This document shows, one piece after another, positions 1-8,375 of a stretch of DNA of 64,000 nucleotides. This DNA is from Deltaproteobacteria bacterium. GTDB taxonomy: Bacteria > Acidobacteriota > Thermoanaerobaculia > Multivoradales > JAHZIX01. The notes beneath the pieces are model-generated. The model was not told the origin of the DNA. It worked only from the letters and a program-made list of their open reading frames with translations, and ran no database searches. Within the stretch, counting starts at the first letter, position 1; every line of letters starts with the position of its first letter. Both the position numbers and the translations under genes were made by a program. The stretch is from the NCBI GenBank assembly GCA_022601195.1, contig JAHZIX010000034.1:18504-82503 (forward strand), written 5' to 3'.

Positions 1-1933
1 ATACGTCTACGAGCGATTCGGCCCCCACGGCGCCGCTATGACCGCCAACGTCATCACCTATCGAGACCGTTCCGCGGCCCGGGAGACGGCCAAGGCTCTT
101 GGTTACTCCAACGAACAGGTCGACAAGCTTGCCAAACAGCTGGGGCGTTGGCGCTATGACGTCTCTCGAGGAGACTCCAAGGATCTCGATCACGAACTGA
201 CCGAGGCGGGCTTCGATCCCTCGGAGCCCAGAATCCGTCTCTTCACTCAAATGTGGCAACGGATCCAGAACTTGCCCCGCCACCTGGGACAGCACTCCGG
301 GGGCATGATCATCGCCGCTGGCCGTCTGGATGAGGTCGTTCCCCTAGAGCCCGCCTCTATGCCCGGCCGTACGGTGGTGCAATGGGACAAAGACGACTGT
401 GCCGACTTAGGGCTGATCAAAGTCGACCTCTTGGGCCTTGGGATGCTCAACGCCCTCGAAGAGGCGGTGCCTCTGGTCAGGACCCGAGAGAAACTCAACC
501 TCGACTTGGCCCACCTACCCCCAGATGATGAAAAAACCTTCGAGCTGTTGCGCAAAGCAGACACCGTCGGCGTCTTCCAAGTAGAAAGCCGCGCTCAAAT
601 GGCCTCTCTACCCCGCAACAACCCCCAGCGCTTCTATGACCTGGTGATTCAAGTCGCCATCATCCGCCCCGGCCCCATCGTCGGCGGCATGGTGCACCCC
701 TACTTCGAGAGGCGCCAAGGACGGCAACCGGTTGAATACCCCCATCCGAGCCTCGAGCCCATCCTGGAGCGCACCTTGGGAATTCCTCTTTTCCAGGAAC
801 AACTGCTGCGCATCGCCATGGTCGCGGCTGGTTTTTCCGGCGGCGAAGCTGAGGAACTGCGCCGCGCCATGGGCTTCAAACGTTCCCAAGAACGTATGGA
901 GGCAATCGAGCGACGATTGCGCTCCGGCATGGCCAAAAACGGCATTCGAGGTGAGGTGCAAGACCAAATCGTCCAATCCATCACCTCCTTCGCCCTCTAT
1001 GGCTTTCCCGAATCTCATGCCGCCAGCTTTGCTCTCATCGCCTACGCCAGTGCCTACCTCAAAGCTCATCACCCCACCGCCTTTCTACTCGGCTTGCTCA
1101 ATGCCTGGCCCATGGGCTTCTACCATCCAGCAACCCTGATCAAAGACGCTCAACGCCACGGCGTGGAAGTTCGACCCATCGACGTTCAATCCTCCGGCTG
1201 GAAATGTCGTTGGGAAGACCGCTCCAAGCCAACCCTGCTCCCCACGGGAGCCGTCCGCCTGGGAATGCGCTACGTAAAAAGCCTCCGCAAGGAAACCGGA
1301 GAAGCCATTGCCATTCACCAGCCCTTCGAAAACCTGGCGGATTTTTCTCGCCGTTGTTCCCCTCGAGAGCCGGAGCTCCAAGCCCTGGCTCAAGTGGGCG
1401 CACTCGCCTCTTTGGGGCTCACCCGCCGACAAGCTCTGTGGCAAGTGGCCCGCCTGGCTCGCCCTGCCGGTGAGCTCTATCGGAGCGAACCCGACCAATC
1501 TCCAAGTCCGTTGCCGGAGATGTCCGTCAGCGACGAAATGGTGGCCGACTACGATGGCACCGGCCTCACCACCGGAGACCATCCCCTCGCCTACCTACGC
1601 CGCCAATTGAGCCAACGAGGTGTCACCCCTGCCGCTGTCCTCGAGCGCATGCCAGCGGGGCAACGGGTCAAAATAGCTGGTTCGGTGATCGTTCGGCAAC
1701 GACCGGGCACCGCTAAAGGGATCCTGTTCATCACGGTAGAAGACGAAACCGGTATGGCTCAAGCCATCGTCACCCGGGAACAGATGGAAGAGCACCGGCG
1801 CACTATCGTCAACTCTCCCGGCTTGGTGATCGAAGGCGTCCTGCAACGCCGGGACGGCTCGATGTCGATCAAAGGAGAGCGGTTCTGGACTCTCGCCGAA
1901 ATCGTCGAAATCCCCAGCCACGACTTCCACTAA
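1..1933 (+). CDS. dnaE2: Error-prone DNA polymerase DnaE2 (Pol III alpha family), C-terminal ~640 aa; 5' end lies outside the window
   Basis: The frame is open from base 2 (..VYERFGPHGAAM..). Motifs typical of DnaE2/ImuC: HLGQHSGGMIIA, VVQWDKDDCADLGLIKVDLLGLGML, FQVESRAQM, IIRPGPIVGGMVHPYFERRQG..VEYPHPSLEPILERTLGIPLFQEQ, and an OB-fold-like VKIAGSVIVRQRPGTAKGILFITVEDETG. Confidence 0.85.
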   Translation, partial: YVYERFGPHGAAMTANVITYRDRSAARETAKALGYSNEQVDKLAKQLGRWRYDVSRGDSKDLDHELTEAGFDPSEPRIRLFTQMWQRIQNLPRHLGQHSGGMIIAAGRLDEVVPLEPASMPGRTVVQWDKDDCADLGLIKVDLLGLGMLNALEEAVPLVRTREKLNLDLAHLPPDDEKTFELLRKADTVGVFQVESRAQMASLPRNNPQRFYDLVIQVAIIRPGPIVGGMVHPYFERRQGRQPVEYPHPSLEPILERTLGIPLFQEQLLRIAMVAAGFSGGEAEELRRAMGFKRSQERMEAIERRLRSGMAKNGIRGEVQDQIVQSITSFALYGFPESHAASFALIAYASAYLKAHHPTAFLLGLLNAWPMGFYHPATLIKDAQRHGVEVRPIDVQSSGWKCRWEDRSKPTLLPTGAVRLGMRYVKSLRKETGEAIAIHQPFENLADFSRRCSPREPELQALAQVGALASLGLTRRQALWQVARLARPAGELYRSEPDQSPSPLPEMSVSDEMVADYDGTGLTTGDHPLAYLRRQLSQRGVTPAAVLERMPAGQRVKIAGSVIVRQRPGTAKGILFITVEDETGMAQAIVTREQMEEHRRTIVNSPGLVIEGVLQRRDGSMSIKGERFWTLAEIVEIPSHDFH

Positions 1934-2127
1934 CCCCACCAAAGCACCACCAAAGGGTGTCAGGCATGAGCTCCTTGCAGCGCTTAAATACTTAAATTCC
2001 TACCTCTCGCCCGACGATCCCGGTGCAGTGCCTTCAACGAGTGTCTGACGCCTTCCCTAGGGCCTACTCATCGGCCGTTATTTAGCGATGCATGGAACGC
2101 ATGCCTGACACCACCGGAGAGAGTGGG

Positions 2128-3084
2128 CTACGGGCCGGTGTAGGGAACGAGGTCGGCGGTGAAGTTGAAGTAGAACCACCAACCGGACTCGTCCATGAAG
2201 GTGTCACGGTCGTCTCCCGATGAGCAGTTGCCCGTTCCTCCCCGTAGCAGGATGCTCAGCGGCTGGCCGCCGACAATAGGCAGGTCTGCCGGCAGGAGCA
2301 GCGCATCCGCGTCGGCCTCCCGAAGGAAACCCAACAAGAGCCCTGGAGTCAACTGGTCGACCGGGGACCCCGATAGGGTTCCCGCGGTCTGAGCAGCCAA
2401 CAAGGGGATCGTCAAGCCGTTGAGATCGATGGAGAACTCCTCCGCTTCGGTCACGAAGCACGGTGCCCCAGGCTCTGCCACCGTTGGTGTGTAGCCTCCC
2501 GTCGTTCCGGCGACCGGTTCCAGGCAAATTCCCGCGGTTTGTCCGCTGTAGGGAAGGATCTCCCGAGGACTGGCCGGATCCCGGTCGCAACTGGTGCTGC
2601 CAATCGGCGCCGAGCACAAGCCCCGAACCGAGTCCACTCTCTCCCGAAAGGCCATCGGGGTGAGGGGGCGAAACAGCAGCAGCAGGCTCAGATCCAATAG
2701 GTTGTCCATATCGCCATCGCTGGTCACCGCGTCCGACAAGGCCTGATTGAAGGAAGGCCCGAAGTCGAGGGGGAGAGCCGTATCCGTGAAGTCGAAACAC
2801 CCGAAAACGGGAAGGTCGATAAAGAGGTGTGGGTCCCGCAGGTCGAGATCCGAGAAGCGAAACGGCGTCGCAGAACCCGCCGTCCAATCGGTCCATTCGA
2901 AGAGGCCTGCGGATTCGAAATCGTCCGAGAAGATCTCTTCCGGGCCTGCCAGCTGATTGGTTGGTTCGGTGGCCAACTCAACGGCTGAGGTCTCACCGGC
3001 GAGTAAGAAGGACAGTAGGAAAATCGAGCCTAAACCTCGCCATGACACTCGCTCCACAGACGCCATTTGAATCCCTCCCAGCAA
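2128..3084 (-). CDS. Hypothetical secreted protein (318 aa)
   Basis: Long ORF with an N-terminal signal-like segment (WRGLGSIFLLSFLLAGETSAVE). No recognisable domain. Convergent with dnaE2. Confidence 0.5.
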   Translation of the reverse strand: MLGGIQMASVERVSWRGLGSIFLLSFLLAGETSAVELATEPTNQLAGPEEIFSDDFESAGLFEWTDWTAGSATPFRFSDLDLRDPHLFIDLPVFGCFDFTDTALPLDFGPSFNQALSDAVTSDGDMDNLLDLSLLLLFRPLTPMAFRERVDSVRGLCSAPIGSTSCDRDPASPREILPYSGQTAGICLEPVAGTTGGYTPTVAEPGAPCFVTEAEEFSIDLNGLTIPLLAAQTAGTLSGSPVDQLTPGLLLGFLREADADALLLPADLPIVGGQPLSILLRGGTGNCSSGDDRDTFMDESGWWFYFNFTADLVPYTGP

Positions 3085-3139
3085 CCGATTGAATGAAGAG
3101 CTTGCATCCTAACAGGCCCAGGGAGCATGACGAACCATG

Positions 3140-3168
3140 TTGTTGAGACCTAATTTTTATGCTATAAA
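3140..3168 (+). promoter_or_regulatory. Candidate sigma-70-type promoter (TTGTTG-N17-TATAAA) in an AT-rich patch upstream of secreted paralogue A
   Basis: TTGTTG at 3140-3145, a 17-nt spacer, TATAAA at 3163-3168. It sits in a locally AT-rich stretch of an otherwise GC-rich region, ~220 nt upstream of the start codon. Confidence 0.25.
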
Positions 3169-3385
3169 CACATTAACCGATGAACGCATCCGGAAATCGC
3201 CAACGGGAGGTGATGGATCTAGCTGTCAAGAAACTCGACACCAACACCCAACTTCGCCATAAACCGGCCATCAAGGACCTTAGGGCTTGCCCCCATCGAC
3301 GGCAGACCCACGGCAAGGCCACCCCGATGCTGGCGGGAGTTTTCCCGGCCTGCTCTCAGTTGAATGAAAGAGGAGAACGCGACTC

Positions 3386-4693
3386 ATGGCAAAATTCATT
3401 GCCTCACTCAGCCTCATCTGCCTATTGGCCCTCGGCGGCCAGGCTTTCGCCGAAATAGGCTCCCTAGATTCCGTCCCTGCGGCGACCTTACTGCTGCCCT
3501 ACTTCGAAGTCGGCCTGGAAAACAGTGGCAGCTCGGTCACCACTCTTTTCTCCGTCAACAACGCCTCCGCCGCACCGGTGGTCGCTCACGTAACCCTGTG
3601 GACAAAACTCGCTCGGCCAACGCTGGATTTCGATGTCTTCCTGACCGGATATGACGTCTACACAGTGAATTTGGCGGATGTGTTTCTGAATGGCTCGGTA
3701 CTTCAAACGCCGATCGCGGACCCAGGTCTGTTCTCCCAACCGAACTTCGTTCCGGGTGGGTGTTCATTCCCCCTACCCGCGAATCTACCCACTTCGCTCC
3801 ACACCTATATCCGAAACCTCCACACCGGCTTGCCAGCCCCCGCGGGCTTCGGTAACTCCGGCCTTTGCGGAGCTCCGGATCAGGGCCTGGCTTCCGCAGA
3901 TGAAGGCGTTGCAACCGGCTATCTCACCATCGACGTGGTCAACGACTGCTCTCTGGCCTTTCCTGGAAATCCCGGCTACTTCGCGGACGGCGGCACCGGC
4001 ATCGCAGCCAATGCCAATGTGCTGTGGGGTGATTATTTCCTCGCCGACCCCAATAACAATTTCGCCCAGGGAGATCAGTTGGTTCATATCGAAGCGATGG
4101 ACTCGGTGCAGGGTGGTTTCTGGTCTCCGGGGGACTACACCTTCTATGGCCGCTACTTGGGCTATGACGCAACTGACAATCGAGAGCCTCTGGCGACCGT
4201 TTGGGCCTCCCGCTATTTCAGCGGCGATGCGGGTCCTTTCAGCGATGACTCGGACATCATCTGTTGGCGCGACACAGGGCTGGATGACAGCTTCTTTTTC
4301 GAGTGTGGCACCACCCCGAACCCGTACCCATTGACCCAGAATCAGATTGTCATTTTCGATGAAGACGAGAACCCCGTAGTGGTCGACGGCCCGGTCTTTT
4401 CTCCTCCGACGATTCCGGATGCCCTGGTCCCTTGCTCCTGCGCCTCAACCCGAGCCAACGCCTCGGACTTCGGAGATATCTTCGACTTTGGATGGTTCTA
4501 CTTGAATCTCAATACCTCGACGGGATCTCTGCAGGATCCCATCAAGCAATCCTATGTGACCACCATTCACAGCGCCTCCGGTCTGTTTAGCGTCGGTTTT
4601 CAGGCGGTTCACCTGGATAGTGCCTTGGACAAGACCTTCACGGTCACCACGGCGCCCGCCAATATCGATCTCGACGAGCCGGAAGAGCCCTAG
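3386..4693 (+). CDS. Secreted protein of an unrecognised family, tandem paralogue A (435 aa)
   Basis: RBS AGAGGAGAA upstream and a signal peptide (LICLLALGGQAFAE). It shares long conserved blocks with the ORFs at 5255 and 6730: VPAATLLLPYFEVGLENSG, LDFDVFLTGYDV, HTGLPAPAGF, WGDYFLADP, GDYTFYGRY, DNREPLAT, QDPIKQS, FSVGFQAVHLDSALDKTF. Confidence 0.7.
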   Translation: MAKFIASLSLICLLALGGQAFAEIGSLDSVPAATLLLPYFEVGLENSGSSVTTLFSVNNASAAPVVAHVTLWTKLARPTLDFDVFLTGYDVYTVNLADVFLNGSVLQTPIADPGLFSQPNFVPGGCSFPLPANLPTSLHTYIRNLHTGLPAPAGFGNSGLCGAPDQGLASADEGVATGYLTIDVVNDCSLAFPGNPGYFADGGTGIAANANVLWGDYFLADPNNNFAQGDQLVHIEAMDSVQGGFWSPGDYTFYGRYLGYDATDNREPLATVWASRYFSGDAGPFSDDSDIICWRDTGLDDSFFFECGTTPNPYPLTQNQIVIFDEDENPVVVDGPVFSPPTIPDALVPCSCASTRANASDFGDIFDFGWFYLNLNTSTGSLQDPIKQSYVTTIHSASGLFSVGFQAVHLDSALDKTFTVTTAPANIDLDEPEEP

Positions 4694-4717
4694 ACCTTCC
4701 ACTATCCTTCCTCCTAC

Positions 4718-4742
4718 GGGGCGGGCCCGAAGGGCCTGCCCC
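4718..4742 (+). terminator. GC-rich hairpin downstream of paralogue A (possible terminator; weak U-tract)
   Basis: ggggcgggcc-cgaa-gggcctgcccc forms a ~10-bp stem with one G-U pair, followed by ccctttcc. It lies 25 nt after the stop codon. Confidence 0.3.
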
Positions 4743-5254
4743 CCTTTCCATCCACCGCTTCCTTCCCCGGTGTTTCCTCCAGTCGGTTCGACAGGTCGGT
4801 CGCCAGTTATTTCTCCCGGCGCAAAGGGACCATGATGTAACGGCATGAGAAATCGGACTAAAGGAGCCCCTATCTCACCAACGAAAAGCGGCCCGAAACG
4901 AGCTCTGAAAGGCTGCTATTCACGAATCCCTCTTGGCGGCCTATCCCATAGTAGGAATACGCGTCACCGGCTGCGGTAAGAAGAACTCTGGTGCCGAATC
5001 GGCGCAATTGACAAGTCCCTCCTTCGTTCCCCAAGACCTTCTGCCTTGAAGTTTCTTCCGCCCCTTGCGTCAAAATTCGACCTATGCTAATTTAGCATCA
5101 ATTCGTCACTCATGGTGCCTTGACGAGCTCTGGCGCGAAACACAGTAAGAGGCTCAGGAAATATTTCTGCCGGGTGTATTTGCAACGACCTCGAGACGGT
5201 CGGTAAGGCACTCTACTTTCATCGTTTTCTTCAAGTCCAGGAGGGTTTCTGGAG

Positions 5255-6598
5255 ATGCGCAAGCTGTACCCATTTCTCGCTCTTTTGCTCCTAGCTCTAA
5301 CCGTTCCCCCTGTATCGAGAGCCGAGTTGGGGGCGGTCGATGCCGTCCCTGCGGCGACCCTTCTCTTGCCCTATTTCGAAGTCGGACTGGAGAACAGCGG
5401 CGATAGCCGCACCACTCTCTTCTCCATTAACAATGCCAAAAGCGAGTCGGTGGTCGTGCACGTTACGTTGTGGACCATCTTGGCCCGTCCCTCCCTCGAT
5501 TTCGACGTCTTCCTGACCGGCTATGACGTGCAGACCTATAACCTTGCCGACTTGTTCCTGCGCGGCGGTCTGCCCCAAACACCCGTGCTGCCGCCGGGCC
5601 AATTCTCCGAGGACAACGAGGTACCTGCCAGCTGCCAGTTCCCCCTCCCCAACAACTTACCGCCGATTCTTCAAAGCTACCTTCGCAACGTCCATACGGG
5701 ACTCCCGGCCCCTGCAGGCTTCGCCAACGGGGGCCTCTGTGGCGCTCCGAGTCAAGGCGAAGGAGACGCTGGAGATTTCGTTGCCAAGGGCTATATCACC
5801 ATGGATGTCGTCAACGACTGCTCACAGACCTTTCCAGGAGACGAGGGCTATTTTGGAGACGGTGGAACCGGTGTGATTTCCAACAACAATGCCATCTGGG
5901 GCGATTTCTTTCTCGTCGACCCGGACAATGCCTTCGCTCAAGGGGACAATCTGGTTCATATCGAGGCCATGGATTCCGTCGCCGAAGGTTTTTGGGAAGC
6001 CGGCGACTACACCTTTTATGGCCGTTATACGAATTTTGACGGCAGTGACAACCGGGAGCCCCTGGCAACGACCTGGGCGACTCGTTACTTCGCCGGTACG
6101 ACAGGACCTTTTGTTGTTGGGTCGGATCTCTTCGTGTGGCGGGATTCCGCCTTGAACGATAGCGAATTCTTCCAATGCGGCACCATCCCTGCGCCCTACC
6201 CTCTGGAGCAGGAATCGGTCCTCATGTGGGATGAGGAGGAAAATCACGTCTCCATCAATGATTCCCCTTTCTTAACTCAACCAAATCCTTCTTCTTTTCC
6301 ACTTCCTTTGACTCCACCACTCCCTCCTGCTCGGCCATTTCCTCTAGCAGCAGACCGAGTCTCTGTGGCGGAGATCGGACCACTGTTTTTCAATTCAGGT
6401 TGGTTGAGGCTCAATCTCAACTTCTCGACAGGCTCCCCTCAGGACCCCATCAAGCAATCCTTCGTCAGTGCGATGCACAGTGCCTCCGGCCAGTTCAGTG
6501 TCGGTTTTCAAGCCGTCGCTCTGGATAGCGCTTTGGACAAAACCTTTCTGGTAACGACCGCTCCCGAAACCACTGAGCCAGGACTCCCGGGAGTTTAG
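5255..6598 (+). CDS. Secreted protein of an unrecognised family, tandem paralogue B (447 aa)
   Basis: RBS AGGAGGG, signal peptide (LALLLLALTVPPVSRAE), and the same conserved blocks as paralogues A and C. Confidence 0.7.
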   Translation: MRKLYPFLALLLLALTVPPVSRAELGAVDAVPAATLLLPYFEVGLENSGDSRTTLFSINNAKSESVVVHVTLWTILARPSLDFDVFLTGYDVQTYNLADLFLRGGLPQTPVLPPGQFSEDNEVPASCQFPLPNNLPPILQSYLRNVHTGLPAPAGFANGGLCGAPSQGEGDAGDFVAKGYITMDVVNDCSQTFPGDEGYFGDGGTGVISNNNAIWGDFFLVDPDNAFAQGDNLVHIEAMDSVAEGFWEAGDYTFYGRYTNFDGSDNREPLATTWATRYFAGTTGPFVVGSDLFVWRDSALNDSEFFQCGTIPAPYPLEQESVLMWDEEENHVSINDSPFLTQPNPSSFPLPLTPPLPPARPFPLAADRVSVAEIGPLFFNSGWLRLNLNFSTGSPQDPIKQSFVSAMHSASGQFSVGFQAVALDSALDKTFLVTTAPETTEPGLPGV

Positions 6599-6729
6599 GT
6601 TCCCCTGCGGTTAGTGAGCTCTACACCGAGAGATTTGACGGACTCGGTGAGCCAGATGCCCAAGCACTGCCATAGCGGCCACAGGAAACTAGCTCGCCAA
6701 CGGACCCAGCTGATGAACCAGAAGAGAAC

Positions 6730-8124
6730 GTGAACACCATGATGAAACCAGTCCGAACCTGTCGACCGCTGCTGCCGACAGGGCGAGTCATGCCCGTGGG
6801 TCACCGATTCGCAGTGGCCATAGCTTTTTGCGCTTTGATCCTCGCCCCAAAAAACGTTTCGGGAGAGATCGGAGCCATCGACGCTGTGCCTGCCGCCACT
6901 CTCCTCCTGCCCTATTTCGAAGTGGGACTGGAGAATAGTGGGAACACCAGAACCACCCTTTTCTCCATCAACAATGCCAAGGCCGAATCCGTGGTGGTGC
7001 ACATCACGATTTGGACGGTCCTGAGCCGCCCCACCCTGGACTTCGATGTGTTCCTTACCGGATACGACGTCCAGACCTACAACCTGGCGGATCTTTTCCT
7101 ACAGGGCCTGCTTCCTCAAACCCCCATACTCCCACCGGGAGGGCTCTTGCAAGTCCATGACCTTCCTCCGAATTGCACCTTCCCCCTCCCCCCCAATCTG
7201 CCCGTCAACCTCCATACCTACATTCGCAATGCCCACACGGGCCTTCCCGCACCTGCGGGTTTTCAGACCACCGGCCTGTGCGCAGCACCGAGCCTGGGGG
7301 AGGGCGAGGCAGCCGATTTCGTTGCCAAGGGCTACGTCACCATGGACGTGGTGAACGAGTGTTCCTTTGTCTTCCCTCCCGTCGATGGCTATATCGAGGA
7401 TGGGGGATCAGGAATCCTCTCCAACAACAATGCCATTTGGGGTGATTTTTTCCTCGCCGACCCGGACAATGCCTTCGCTCAAGGGGACAACCTGGTCCAC
7501 ATTGAGGCCACCGGTTCCGTCGCCGACGGGTTCTGGGAAGCCGGCGACTACACTTTCTATGGGCGGTATACCGGTTTTGATGGCAGCGACAATCGAGAAC
7601 CGCTAGCCACCACTTGGGTGACGCGATATTTCGCCGCCAGCCGCCCACCCTTTTCGATGGCCTCCGATCTCTTCGTTTGGCGAGGCACGGGGCTGGACGA
7701 TTCGGCCTTCTTCGAGTGCGGCCCCGATCAATGGGATAGTGTGCCGGCTCCCTATCCCCTCGAGCAAAGCCCGGTCTACATCTGGGATGAGGAAGAGACT
7801 GTCGTCGTCTACGACCGTTCCCTCCCCTCTCCCTTCGGTCTGCCACCGTTTTCCGGCACACCTCCCTTTCCCGCTGCCGCATCCCGGGTCAGCCCCGGTG
7901 ACCATACGGATATCTTCGATGCGGGCTGGCTTCGCCTCGACTTCAACCTCGACACGGGCTCCCTTCAAGATCCCGTCAAACAATCCTTCGTCAGCGTGGT
8001 GCACAGCGCCTCGGGGCAGTTCAGCGTCGGCTTCCAGGCGGTGCACTTGGACAGCGCCTTGGACAAGACTTTCCTGGTCACGACGAAGCCGGAGAGCACC
8101 CTCCCTAGGCCACCAGATCCCTAG
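6730..8124 (+). CDS. Secreted protein of an unrecognised family, tandem paralogue C (up to 464 aa; start uncertain: GTG 6730, ATG 6739 or ATG 6790)
   Basis: Same conserved blocks as A and B. The hydrophobic signal segment FAVAIAFCALILAPKNVSGE follows the Met at 6790. Confidence 0.7.
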   Translation: MNTMMKPVRTCRPLLPTGRVMPVGHRFAVAIAFCALILAPKNVSGEIGAIDAVPAATLLLPYFEVGLENSGNTRTTLFSINNAKAESVVVHITIWTVLSRPTLDFDVFLTGYDVQTYNLADLFLQGLLPQTPILPPGGLLQVHDLPPNCTFPLPPNLPVNLHTYIRNAHTGLPAPAGFQTTGLCAAPSLGEGEAADFVAKGYVTMDVVNECSFVFPPVDGYIEDGGSGILSNNNAIWGDFFLADPDNAFAQGDNLVHIEATGSVADGFWEAGDYTFYGRYTGFDGSDNREPLATTWVTRYFAASRPPFSMASDLFVWRGTGLDDSAFFECGPDQWDSVPAPYPLEQSPVYIWDEEETVVVYDRSLPSPFGLPPFSGTPPFPAAASRVSPGDHTDIFDAGWLRLDFNLDTGSLQDPVKQSFVSVVHSASGQFSVGFQAVHLDSALDKTFLVTTKPESTLPRPPDP

Positions 8125-8375
8125 ATAGGCACAAGTACCTGGGAGAGCAACGAAACTGTGGCGGAAAACACCTACCGACAGGCTCCGCTCTGCTAGCCGC
8201 CGCCCGAGATTTCCAGGCTCCCTCAGAAGGCCCTTCCGGCGAGCGTTCTCGGCCCCGTTTGGCAGCTACCACCCCGGGAAGATAGACTGCCGCCGGATGA
8301 GCGACGCTTTGCGAGCGTCCTTGGCTTTCCGCAACATCGACCAGACCGAGACAGCTCTGAAATTTTCTCAGAGAC

